64,000 nt of DNA. It comes from Haliotis rufescens (Eukaryota). Positions 36,446 to 48,382 of the stretch are shown in pieces. Each line of letters opens with the position of its first letter. The first letter of the stretch is position 1. The stretch spans positions 14,012,001 through 14,076,000 of the forward strand of contig NW_025963846.1 of NCBI RefSeq assembly GCF_023055435.1, in the 5' to 3' direction. Both the position numbers and the translations under genes were made by a program. Below the pieces are notes generated by a model. The model was given only the letters and a program-made list of their open reading frames with translations, searched no databases and was not told the DNA's origin.

Positions 36446-39058
36446 TCTACAAATTAAACATTAGACCTACCATTATTACATCTAGAACGACAATAATGTC
36501 AACCAAATGTGACTACACAGAACCCATACAACCAGCGTTCGAGCTCGTGACAAAACCTGACCGACACCAGCACATCCCACTCTCCCAGTCGGCTCACTGT
36601 CGGTTTCTGCCTGGCTGCAAATCTGGCCCTGTTCACTGAGGATGGTTGGAGTTATATAAATAAAGATTTTTAGGCAAAAACGACGACTTTGACAATGACA
36701 ACATTCATTAACTTACCCATCAGCTTCTTTTGTGATTATCACATGATGTATTGTTTTAATTCTGTTGGATGTGTTTGTGTAAATAAATGTTATTTTCTAT
36801 CTGTTTGACTTTTGTTTAGTTTTGATCTTTCCTACAATTATCAGAACTGAGCCGCACTATTCAACATAGTGGATATTAATATTAGAGGGCCGAGGATCAA
36901 GGACTGGCCAGGTACTTACCTGTGATTTGACGGGCAATAATTTCGTGTACAGATCAAGATGCGTACTCTCTTCAGCAAGGAAACGTTTTCTTCGAGCAGA
37001 AATATCGTTTTCTTCTTTTATTTTTCAATGTGTCTTATCATTTCTTTAGGTCGAAATTGGTAACTGGAACCGGTGACAATCGTTGCTTTAGGAGACTGAA
37101 TTATTCATTATGATACAATGGAACCTACTTTATCCGAACGTATCCGTTCTCAGTGTAATAGTATTTACTATTTAGTAATCGGAGATTGTGTAGATAAGAT
37201 ATAACATGTAGTGACGATATACTTATAATTATATTCAAATTTAAGGTATACATTTCTCCCTATGTTGCAGGGTATTTTCAAAGACCGTCAGTTAGTGATT
37301 AATTTGCTGAACTAAAATCTTGATATAATCCATGCTGTTTCTGTATTTTTAAAACATGTCTTTATAATGAGAAATGTGTAATGTAAAACTCTAATCATGC
37401 ACATCACGTGACAAATGTTAATATGCAATCTGCATTGTACTATGGGCCTTGATGCCTAAATTACGGAATAAACTGTCTGTCTGACAGAGACGTGACATAT
37501 ATTTAACGTACCTGTAAACTTCATCGTAATTCAAAGAAAATAACAAATATAACATTCATTAAAAAGAAAATGTCTTTCAGTTTTAGCCAAATGGAAATTA
37601 ATACCACACGGAATCCACGTTTTACCCACGTTTACCCGTTGTGAAGTCGCTATAAAGGATACGTTAACCTCCATAAACTCAACTGAATTCACTTTACTCA
37701 TTTTTGGAAATATATCCGAGGTTTTGATATCGGATATAGATAAGGCGCAAATCGAAACCAACACCATATTGCCTCTAAGTAAATGGAAATGTAATTTTAG
37801 TTTAATCGGATTTCTCGATCAGCCTATATAAGAAAAGCTTATATTCTTTTTTCCCTCTCGTCACGTATCGCTGAAATACTACTGACACTGCATTTTTAAC
37901 AAGTTCGATTCTTTCTTTGTTGTAATTCAACATTTTTTTATTAAAGAAGACAGAGGCCTGGTGTAATGAGTGAGTGAGTTGGGTTTTACGCTGTTTTAAA
38001 CAATACTCCTGCAATGTTACAGCGGGGGACACTAGAATTGGCTTCGCCCATTGTACCCATGTGGAGATTCAATCCCAGGCCTTCGGCATGACGAGTGAAC
38101 ACTTTTACCATTACGCTACCCCACCGCAACCCGATATCATGTAAATGAAGAGACGATTATAAGGCTTATGTATCTCTACGTGTGTATATTGTCGTTAACA
38201 AGCGGTTACCATATTCTTTACCTGCTGAACATATAGTATATATGTTGTGGAATTTGTCACATGATAGTGTAATTTATTGTTAAACAATGATTGTAACTGT
38301 ATTACATTGTTTCTGTTGAGAATCAGAAGTCCATTGCATTGTATTTGGGCAATGACTATTTCGCACTATATAATGTAAGGGAGTGAGTGATCAGTGAGTA
38401 TGGTTTTACGCCGCTTTTAGCAATATTCCAGCAATATCAAGGCGGGGGACACCAGAAATGGGCTTCACACATTGTACCCATGTCGGGAATCGAACCCGGG
38501 TCTTCGGCGTGACGAGTGAACGCTTTAACCACTAGGCTATTTAATGTAAGCAGTTGTGAGGAAGTTATTATATATAGATGCTTGACACTTGACTGGACTG
38601 GTCTGGTCTGGTACTGTGTCGAAAATGCTGGAAGCTAGCTAGACTAAATAAGTGGAAAGGGCGCGTGCCTGTTGGGTCTCACATTTCAGCTGACATTACA
38701 TCAAGACTAGCTTTTGTGTGAAGATCACATTTCACCCTGGAGCCTAGAGCCTAGGCCTATCACGGAGGCTTGACCACTGTTGCGGATAGGTGAACATTAT
38801 TATCACTGAACTTTTTTATATCACCCCTGCCATCATATTTTGTATTTGATACCGCCAATTGTACTACCACTCTATAGTGTACTTCTAGTGCAATTGCTGT
38901 GCAGTATTTTGTATCGATTGTAAATCTAGTTAATTTTGTAATACAATTGTTGATTTTATACCATTTGTTGCTTTCACACTAAATTGTTTTACGTTTTGTT
39001 TCAATTCGGGAATCGACACATAACAGTATATATTGTCTTAGGGTAATAATGATAAAAA

Positions 39059-39400
39059 CTTCCCAGTGTTTTCGGTGCCTTAGGTTTGGTACCTCCAAAT
39101 CTGTTGACTGACATTGGGAGAGTACCCGGGTTTGCTACCAGTAATACAGCCCTTCTGACAATCTGGGTAATGCAGAAGGCTGTAGTGTTGGGGAGTCTTC
39201 ACGTTCTCCGAAAAGGTCTTGGTGAGTTTGACTAGGCAGCGCTTCCTGGGAGAAGTCCCATTCGCTGTCTGGGCTACGTGAAGAGGGGGCAAGGGCCCTG
39301 AGCTGATGATAAGCCTAACCAGCCTGACTGTACCAGGATCACCCAAATCCTCTTTGCTAAATTCTTTATTTTAATCTGTAAGTAGTAAAAATAATAATAA
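39059..39400 (+). mobile_element. 3' fragment of an RLE-type non-LTR retrotransposon (R4/Dong-like)
   Basis: 39059-39235 translates LPSVFGALGLVPPNL..MQKAVVLGSLHVLRKGL..*, resembling the C-terminal 'IPVVIGALG..QKAVLLG..ILRKVL' motif. It is followed by a 3' UTR ending in an (AAT)n tail at ~39389, and the 5' flank is also TAA-rich. Confidence 0.7.
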
Positions 39401-39654
39401 TGCTACATCCTACTGGAATTGCTAATGTTAACAGCTATTGACATGAAAAGGGCGGTTGGGTACCCCAGTTGTTAAAGTGTTCGCTCTTCACTAAAGTATG
39501 TATGTCAGCCCATTCTTGGTGCCCTCAGACGAAAGTGGCTGGAATATTTCAAAAGGCTGGGTTGTATTCAGTTCGTAAACTCATAGTTGAGTGCAATCTT
39601 CATGGAGGTGAAACCACGTGTACCCGCAACACCATCATATGTCAGTGATATTAC

Positions 39655-39927
39655 CACCCGTGAAGATCCGGGTTAGAATCGGATGGGTCTTTAGCAACCC
39701 ATGCATGCTTGTCGTTAGAGGCAACTATGTTTATCGTAAGAGGAAACCAATGGGATCGGGTGGTCAGGCTCGCTGACTTGGGTGATGCATGTCATCGTAT
39801 CTCAGCTGTGCGGATCGGTGCTCAAGATGTCAATCACTTGATTGTCTGGTCCAGACTTGATTATTTACGGACCGCCGTCATATAGCTGGAATATTGCTCA
39901 GTGCGGCGTTAAACAACAAACAAGCAA
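39655..39927 (+). mobile_element. Family B non-tRNA SINE-like retroposon (~270 bp), full-length copy with 12-bp TSD
   Basis: Starts CACCCGTGAAGATCC, ends GCGGCGTTAAACAACAAAC; TSD CAGTGATATTAC on both sides. Other copies: 1-175(-), 6525-6688(-), 17910-18119(-), 19313-19448(-), 40317-40576(+), 43061-43303(+), 47480-47707(+), 49060-49328(+), cluster 52540-54040(-), 56702-56963(-), 60601-60827(-), 62075-62207(-). Confidence 0.9.
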
Positions 39928-40202
39928 CAGTGATATTACAGCATCGGTTTATCTGCACTTTACTGTGAGCTATAAATTAGTGTATGTTTTAGCCTTATAT
40001 ATATTCCCGCAATGTCAGCAAGAATTTATGTAATAGCATCACTGGTAATCTTATTATGCAAAGTATTCCTTCAGTGGTCTGGCACTCTGAATGAACAAGC
40101 AAGTTCCATTAACGGTGTTAACATAATCATGGATATTCATAACTTGAAATAATCTCGGTGTCTATATAAGGCCGGAGTTATGGGTGAGTTGCTCGTATCA
40201 AA

Positions 40203-43200
40203 ATGAGGGGTACCTGGTGTATTGCAGTGGTCAGCGTCACGCTGTGGGCAGCCTTTGCCGCAGCGGACAGGTGAGTGGACTGTCTTCTCTTGCCGTCCTC
40301 TGACCAACACATATATAACCGTGAAGATCCGGGGTAGAATAGGTCTACAGCAACCTATGCTTGCCGTGATAGGCGACTATGTGTGTCGTAAGAGGCGACT
40401 AACGGGATCGGGTGGTCAGGCTCGCGGACTTGATTGATGCATGTCATCGAACCCTAATTGCCTGGATGGATGCTCATGATGTCAATCACTGGATTGTCTT
40501 GTCCAGACTCGATTATTTACAGCCTGTCGTCATATAGCTGGAATATTGCTGAGTGCGGCGCTAAACAACAAGCAAAATATATATCTAAAATCTGCATAGT
40601 CAAATTGGGGGGAAATCTATATGATATAACAAATAGCCAGTTTATAGATTACACGCGAATGTTTATTGATACGTGGAAGAAAATAATATTTATCGTGCAA
40701 CGGTTATTCCGAACGTTGTCAGTACTGCATAGTGGTGTTTCAATTTACGGAAACATAAGTGACAGGATAAATAAAATAAAATAAATAACAATGACATTAG
40801 ATAATTAAAGACATTTAATTTACAAAGGTCAGCTATTAGAAGAAAAGGTTTATTTGAAGTGATGGAGTTCAACATGTCACTGTTGGGCCCTGCTTACATG
40901 TAGCTAGCTTGGATGGGTCGTTGATGAAGATGTTAAGGTCTGGGATTACGAAATAGTGAGTGAGTGAGTTGGGTTTATCGCCGCTTTTAACAGCATTCCA
41001 GTTATATCAGGGCGTGTCACCTTAACGTGGGAGGAAAGCCCGCTGTGATGCAGGTCTCGAAACATGGTGTCTGTCGTGTCCAAGGGACGCAACTCTGCAC
41101 AGCAAATTGCGGCGCCTTAGACGACTGGGCCACCCGTGCCCCCTGGTGTACGGAATAGTTTTTGTTAGATCTCAGTACCAGAACTGTTCTTGTGGTTGAT
41201 GATGCATATATAGCAGGGAATTGCAACTTCTCCAACACATGCAATTGTGGTTTAAGGAACATTACTATATTTTTCAAAATTGTCACAATACGAAAACCAG
41301 TTCCTCGTCTGCAGGTGCCAGTACTCGTGCAGCAAACAGGAGCGCAGCAACTACGAGTGCGGATGGTGGGGATGGAAACGCTGCAGCAGATACAGGTCAG
41401 TCCACTGCGCATCATGTACGCACATACAGGAAGGAGTTGAAAACGAAGCTGTCGTGGCGAGTGGGTCATATTAGAATGGAGATATAATACACTGGATAAT
41501 CGAGGATGATCTTAAATAAATGCATGCCCGTTTAACATATGCTTATAATCCTATATTCATATTGTGGTTGCTGAAAATTTTATATTAAAACTGTGGTTTC
41601 AGTGTAGATATTTAATAGTTTCATCCAAATAATATTTCTCACTTACAGGAGCGTCCCCAGCACCTGCTACAGAGACTGCACAAGTGAGTCTAGAAATAGT
41701 CTTTGTATTAGCCATAAGAAGTGTAAAGGCAAGTACTGGCATATCACGGAGTGATCACCGTGGGTATTCAGGGTTATAAATTGTCTTCCTCACATAACCT
41801 TACCACGAGGGCGTGAGTCGATGCTCTTAATATATATCACTGATTTGTGGCAGATAATCCATTACTGTACACTGTATACAGAACAGTAGCACAGTAGCCG
41901 ACCTGTCTCCTTAATGCCTATCTATCACTGATTTGTGGCAGATAATCCATTACTTACAGAACAGTAGCACAGTAGCCGACCTGTCTCCTTAATGCCTATC
42001 TATCACTGATTTGTGGCAGATAATCCATTACTTACAGAACAGTAGCACAGTAGCCGACCTGTCTCCTTAATGCCTATCTATCACTGATTTGTGACAGATA
42101 ATCCATTACTTACAGAACAGTAGCACAGTAGCCGACCTGTCTCCTTAATGCCTATCTATCACTGATTTGTGGCAGATAATCCATTATTTACAGAACAGTA
42201 GCACAGTAGCCGACCTGTCTCCTTAATGCCTATATCTATCACTGATTTGTGGCAGATAATCCATTACTTACAGAACAGTAGCACAGTAGCCGACCTGTCT
42301 CCTTAATGCCTATCTATCACTGATTTGTGGCAGATAATCCATTATTTACAGAACAGTAGCACAATAGCCGACCTGTCTCCTTAATGCCTATCTATCACTG
42401 ATTTGTGGCAGATAATCCATTACTTACAGAACAGTAGCACAGTAGCCGACCTGTCTCCTTAATGCCTATCTATCACTGATTTGTGGCAGATAATCCATTA
42501 TTTACAGAACAGTAGCACAGTAGCCGACCAGTCCCTTAATGCCGAGTGCATCTTTTAGGTACTTTTTCGGTATGCCCACCGACCTTCCGTTCTCCGGGCT
42601 GACTCTCTATTCACTATGCCATTTAGGCAGTCTATTCTTATTGGATGCTGTTGTACAAACAGGTTGTAGCGCTGAGATCATCGTAACTCCCATACCTTAA
42701 CGTAGACTTACGACAGTCGCAGCGCTAAGGTTGTTTTGTACAACGAAAGTCACACCGTGGAATATGACGAAGGTCAGATTTGTTAAAGGGCGGATATGTA
42801 GGTTGTTGCTGTATATGGTTTAGTATGTGTCACCCTGGATATCATTCTTCGTGTGCAGATGGCCAGTGGAGCGCTTTCTCATCGTGGGAAGCGACCAGCA
42901 CGTGCTCTCATACTTGTGGGGGAGGGGAGATAACCGAGCAGAGAACCCGCCAGTGTAACAACCCCGCTCCAAGCAACGGCGGCAGACAGTGTGAAGGCGA
43001 GACGTCGGAGACGAAGACCAGCACGTGCAACACTCACCCCTGCCCAAGTACGTCAGTCACGCCCGTGAAGATCCGGGGTAGAATAGGTCTTCGGCAAACC
43101 ATGCTTGTCGTAAAAGGCGACTATGCTTGTCATAAGAAGCGAACGGGATCGGGTGGTCAGGCTCGCTGACTTGGTTGATGCATGTCATCGATGCTCATGA

Positions 43201-46200
43201 TGTCAGTCACGGGATTGTCTGGTCCAGACTCGATTGTTTACAGACCGCCGTCATATAGCTGGAATATTGCTGAGTGCGGCGTTAAACAACAAACAAACAA
43301 ACAAACAAAACAATCGTTAAAGGTTTCCGTAATTGTTTCTCGTGGCCCACTCCACAAAGTGATCTTAGTGCTATCACTATATCGTAGGTCTATGTGAAAG
43401 ACTGAGCGCGAAGATCGCTGTATGAATGATATGCATACATAATATGTATTTTCTTGTAAGTAAAATGTCATTACTAAAACTAAGTACGGTGCTTGTGCCC
43501 CAGTTGCCGGTGGGTGGAGCGCCTGGACGGAGTGGACCCCAGTTGACGAGTGCCCGGCGCTGTGCGGAGGGGGGAAGGCGGATCTGACCCGCTCCAGGAC
43601 CTGTACCAACCCCTCCCCACAGTATGGCGGAGCGGACTGTGTCGGTCAAGCGACCCAGACTTCCATAATGGGCGACTGCAATGTGGACTCGTGTGCTGGT
43701 AGGTGCATTGTTATACGTCACTTCCGGTCTCGTTGCCATGGGGATGTTATAGTTTAAACTACATGCACCTACCTTAAGGAAGAGAATTTACGGATGTCAA
43801 CTCTTTATTATGAGGAACACAACGTTTCGGAGTATATACTTCATCAGGTGAATACCTACCTTGACCAAAACACATATCACTTTAAATGGTAATTTGCAGT
43901 AAACTTTGAATATAAAATAGACAGCCCTGAACCTGTACAGCGATATAGACAAGATAAGGAACAGAGCGTATCCATTTGCACGTGCAATCCGTGAACTTCA
44001 GCCATGCAGTCGGTATTGTCAAGGTTACAAGACAGCTTGGCATGAGTGCGTGAGTTGGGTTTAGCGCCGCTTTTAACAGAATTATCACGGTGTGTCAGCT
44101 TAATGTGGGAGGAAAGCTCGAAGTGATGCAGGTCTCAGACGTTTACCACTTCGGTGAAACCCACGAGCACGGGTATGGTGCTGACAAATCTAGAAACATA
44201 ATCTGGGCGAACAATCGGAATTGGAACCCACAATCATAGATGTCTGTCGTGCCCAAGGGACGCAACTCTGCACACCCTACGTGCCCCCAGACAGCTTGGA
44301 GAAATAAGTTGACTTCAGTAACTATGTGACCAAAGTATTTTACGTTGTAACACGCCACTTTGAGTTACACTGCAATACTATTGTTCTCCTGTCAGGTTAA
44401 ATCTAATAAACAGGGATGTTATAATAAACCCGGGATTTTAGTAATTCAACTTCTGTTAATATTGTTACATATGAATGTTTCTCGCTAGAAACTTATTTTT
44501 CATTAGAACACAATGTAATGAAAATCAAATGACCAATGTTTTCTTTATATTCCAAAGGATCGAACATGAAACCTTCGTTTCTGTAGCCCAGTGAGTGTAC
44601 ATTTGGCTACAGACGCGCTGATAAATCACAAAGCTTTTAAGAATGTCATTTTCAAGTACCCGTACGCCAGCACCTGATTTTTTACGCCCGTTTAATGGTT
44701 AATGGAAATTATGTTTGAATCATAAAAAAATGTTCATAAATGTTGTTTTAAGTTTCCTTTTTCGGTTTATAAATTAGATAAAACACCTACCCTCGGTTGT
44801 TGTTTTTTGAGACATAAAACCCGAAACCAAGGGATGTGTCCCACTGACATACAACTTCTTTGTTATACTGCAATAGCCACGTTCGGTCTTGCTTAGCAAA
44901 ACGGAGTACATTTTGTAGTAAATTTGATTGTAAATTTCACATAAGGAAAAGCATGTTATCTGTATTTTCTGGCGGTTTGAAATGAAATGACGTTTAGGAC
45001 TATCTGCCCTTGGGCAGAGGTGAGGTTGAAGAGAGAAAAATATGGCGGCAAAAGAACGGCGTCTTGTTGTCTGTGGTGGCCAGAATAATTACAAGATGTA
45101 GAAGACAGGTCCCACAACGCAACACTTGATAACGGTATTAGGGTCTATACCGAAACGTCGCTATTACACTATAATAAGAAGTTGTTATCCAGTTATATTA
45201 CCTTCGTCATCAGACAACTTGAAAGGCTTATGAAACAATTTATACCCGATCAGCTGTAGAGTTTCCGAATGTATGATTATAAAAAATGGCCCTAAACATC
45301 CCCCATAGCCAGCATTACAACATGTTGCGCCAATACGACCAGTGGGCAAGCCCTTGCCCCTCGGCTGTGTTAACCACTAGGGCAGAGTCATACAAATAGG
45401 TCCAGTGGTCATCTTCCCGAGGCAAGAGAGTTAACTGACTATAAAAGTTCAGTGGAAACTGGACTTCTAAAGTCAGTTAACCCCCCTTGCCTCGGGAAGA
45501 TGTTCAGTGGTATGTGCTTTACAATACGTACAAATACATCCAGACAATTACTATACGTCCAATTAATGATACCTTCGAGCGATACCCCCTTGGGCACGCC
45601 AGAAACCTAGGATTGTGGGTTCGAATCCAGGTTCGCCCCGATTATGTTTCTAGGTTTGTCAGCACCATACACGTGCTCGTGGGTTTCACCGAAGTGGTAA
45701 ACGTGTGAGACCTGCATCACTTCGGACTTTCCTCCCGCATTAAGCTGACACGCCGTGATGTAACTGTAATACTGTAAAAAGCGGCCTTAAACCCAACTCA
45801 CTCACTCACTCGTGTGATATCATGATGATTGAAGCATTCGAGAGAAGATGCAGATGTTAATATTGTATCCAATTCTCTGCCTTTGTTTACATCCTTCTTT
45901 GATCTACGGGCTTAACTTATTATCATGTTATAGATAACATCTGTATAGTTCGAGTCGTACTATATTGTATAATTTCTTCATCCTGCTTGCAGATAATAAT
46001 CTGCTATATAATTTTTATCGCATGGGATGCCGTTTCTTGCCAAAGGGCATTGTTCTTATCATTTGGCGTGTTTGTGTTTATCATTTTAAACTGGGTGTGA
46101 TCTTAAATGATAAGCCTGTGTAGTCTCTGTGTTTTATGGCCCGTTCTACCTAATGACCAGGGTCCTGTTGTACAAAGCGATCTTGTCGTTACACCCCAAA

Positions 46201-47342
46201 CCTTAACATAGATTTACGACAGTCATAGCGCTAAGGTTGTTTTGTACAACGGCACCCTGTGACATGGTTGGCTACAATGTTACGACAATGGTTTGCAATA
46301 ATTTTATTTTTTATTACCCATAGGGTTAGAATTTACCGAGTTTATAAAAATCGTGTGTGAGCTTGTGTGCAAAGATCTTTTCACGCGCACCAGTGTATTA
46401 TATCCGTCATACGGACGGCATTGTTGACGTCATTCGAATCTTATTGTGACGTGAACACTAGAAACGACGTCATAGCTGACGTTTGTTGACGTCATTTGAC
46501 AAATTGTGGTTTTCTAGGACAAGGGTGGTTATCAGTGCTTTTTTCTAAAGGGGGCTCAAGGGGATTAAGAAATGTTTGGTAATAACGAAATTATTACACT
46601 TACATGTGTGTCATACGATTAAAGAGCTGAATAATGATTTTTTTCCACGATGTTTTTTACCTGGCTTTTTATCTACACCTTATCCAATTCATAATGATTA
46701 GGTTTCTAAACATTAAGAACAGACTTCGTTACCATATAAACTTCATTTTTTTGTCGTCTTCGGGAGGAAGAAATTATCAATTTTGAAACATATTTAGAAA
46801 ACCGGTCGCTTTGATAGAAATTATCCCGGACGCTCAGGTGTAAATACAATTCAAAATTTCAGTTACGGACGCACAGTTTAAGGAACATAATATCACACGT
46901 TAATACGCATTCGTTTGATTGAACGCTGTCTGGATAAACGGGTGTTTACTTTACAACTGGATAGTTTAAAGTGGACACAAAAACAGTATTAAATGTAACA
47001 ACGACTTCTATTGTAGATATCTGTGCCCCTGGCAACCCAACAGTCGTGCATCACGAGACCAGAGAACACCTCTACTACGAGTGTGACGAGGCCGGTGACG
47101 TGGCCTACCTGGAGGAGTGCCCCGACTTCTCCACCTTCAGCCCCATTGCGGAGACGTGTACGCCACTGCCGTGCAACATCATGGACGGCCTGTATCAGAC
47201 GTTCCCTGGCGACTGTCGCAAATACTTCATGTGCCTGGCGGGTACTCGCACTATTGACCTAGTGTGCCCCTCTGGCCAGGTGTTCAACGGCGACACCCGC
47301 ATCTGTGACGACCCCGCCACCACCCAGATATGCGGCATGTAA
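40203..47342 (+). CDS. Secreted protein: signal peptide + Cys/Trp-rich N-module + 2 thrombospondin type-1 repeats + 2 chitin-binding type-2 (peritrophin-A/CBM14-like) domains, ~297 aa, 6 exons
   Basis: Exons 40203-40270, 41315-41395, 41649-41683, 42859-43047, 43504-43698, 47017-47342 (894 nt, phases consistent). Signal MRGTWCIAVVSVTLWAAFAAA. TSP1 motifs GQWSAFSSW..CSHTCGGG..RTRQCNNPAPSNGGRQC and GGWSAWTEW..CGGG..RSRTCTNPSPQYGGADC. Chitin-binding motif GDCRKYFMC..CPSGQVFN..C. TATATAA at ~40163, AATAAA at 47384 and 47391. Confidence 0.9.
41834..42541. repeat. 78-bp minisatellite (~9 copies) in intron 3 of the TSP1/chitin-binding gene
   Basis: TATCACTGATTTGTGGCAGATAATCCATTACTTACAGAACAGTAGCACAGTAGCCGACCTGTCTCCTTAATGCCTATC, e.g. 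at 41923 and 42001. Confidence 0.95.
43797..43850 (-). ncRNA. Minimal hammerhead-like motif with canonical CUGAUGA core, Penelope-type
   Basis: Reverse complement: CAC-CTGATGA-AGTATATACT-CC-GAAA-CGTT-GTG..AATAAAGAGTTG. Stem II appears shortened. Confidence 0.55.
45124..45190 (+). ncRNA. Minimal hammerhead motif (U3-A8 variant), Penelope-type repeat
   Basis: TTGATAA-C-GGTAT(tagggtct)ATACC-GAAA-CGTC-GC followed by ..AATAAGAAGTTGTTATCCA. Homologous to the 15056 copy. Confidence 0.65.
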
Positions 47343-47479
47343 TCTACAACATCAATGCACTTGACAACACACATGTAAATAATAATAAACAATAAACTTG
47401 TATAACCTTCATAAACGTGTTCTGTCACCTGTTAGAATCCATGGCCGCGTGGTAGTCAGTTGGCCACCAGAGGAAAAGA

Positions 47480-47707
47480 CACCCGTGAAGATCCGTGGTA
47501 GAAGCAACCCATTCTTATCGTAAAAGGCGACTATGCTTGTCGTAAGAGGCGACTATAACGGTACCGGGTGGTCAGGCTCGCTGACTTGGTTGATGCATGA
47601 TGCTCATTATGTCAATCACTTAATTGTCTGGTCCAGACTCGATTATTCAAAGACCGCCGTCATATAGCTGGAATATTGCTGAGTACGACGTTAAACAACA
47701 AATAAAC
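47480..47707 (+). mobile_element. Family B retroposon copy with TSD
   Basis: TSD CAGAGGAAAAGA flanks CACCCGTGAAGATCC...GTTAAACAACAAATAAA. Confidence 0.9.
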
Positions 47708-48063
47708 AGAGGAAAAGAGGCTTAGTTAAGATTTCCGTTCCGAACCGAATATATTACCGGTAATCAAAGTAATAATTTGGATAGTTAAATGACTTACCTG
47801 TAATTTTGTCAAATTATGCAGTTTTCCTTCAATTTATGCAATTTTGACCCCCTGAAAATTCACACACACACTTACAAGCTTACTACCCAATGGAAATTGT
47901 GTACAGACACCTCCTTTATGCAATAGAAAAGGCTTAAGGTTTTCAGGGAAATGCGGGAACGAAAGACTTCTTTTTCACCCATGGCCAACTGAGTATACCT
48001 CAAGACGTTAAATTGTTTGATAGGCATTACTTAGGAGTTGATGGTGACAAAGTTAACAATATT

Positions 48064-48128
48064 TGGATAACAACTTCTTTAATACTCTAAAGGCGACGTT
48101 TCGGTATACATCCTTATACCGTTGTCAA
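48064..48128 (-). ncRNA. Minimal hammerhead motif (U3-A8 variant), Penelope-type repeat
   Basis: Reverse complement: TTGACAA-C-GGTATA(aggatg)TATACC-GAAA-CGTC-GCC..TTAAAGAAGTTGTTATCCA. Confidence 0.65.
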
Positions 48129-48275
48129 ATAGACGTTAAACGATGGTATTTGTATTCTACCTGCCTGGCACTCGGCAATAATGGAGTAAAGCAACGACAG
48201 GTCCCACTTGCTCAAAACGACCTTAGGGCTTTGAATATAGTAATTCTATCTTAAAGCAAGGGAAGTACGATCCTG

Positions 48276-48382
48276 GGCCCCGTTCCTCAAAGCGATCTTT
48301 GCGCTACGATGATCGTAAACCTATGTTAAAGTATTGGACTTACGATCATCTTAGTGCTAAGATCGCTTTGTGGAACGGGGCC
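48276..48382. mobile_element. Short palindromic MITE (GGGCCCCGTTCC.CAAAGCGATC..GATCGCTTTGTGGAACGGGGCCC)
   Basis: Near-perfect ~107-bp palindrome; related copies at ~42650-42742, ~43344-43406, ~46160-46257. Confidence 0.8.

Noticed and set aside
32155-36639. SLEHNTREVTLV / CSKDTSVTSLVL / FQRHQCHLSSIV repeat proteins, or a CRISPR-like array
   Set aside because: Both strands are open only because the unit is 36 bp. Frequent 2-bp deletions break the frames, and there are no unique spacers or cas genes.
39300-39350. CTGATGA in the LINE 3' UTR as a hammerhead core
   Set aside because: No stem II or GAAA follows it.
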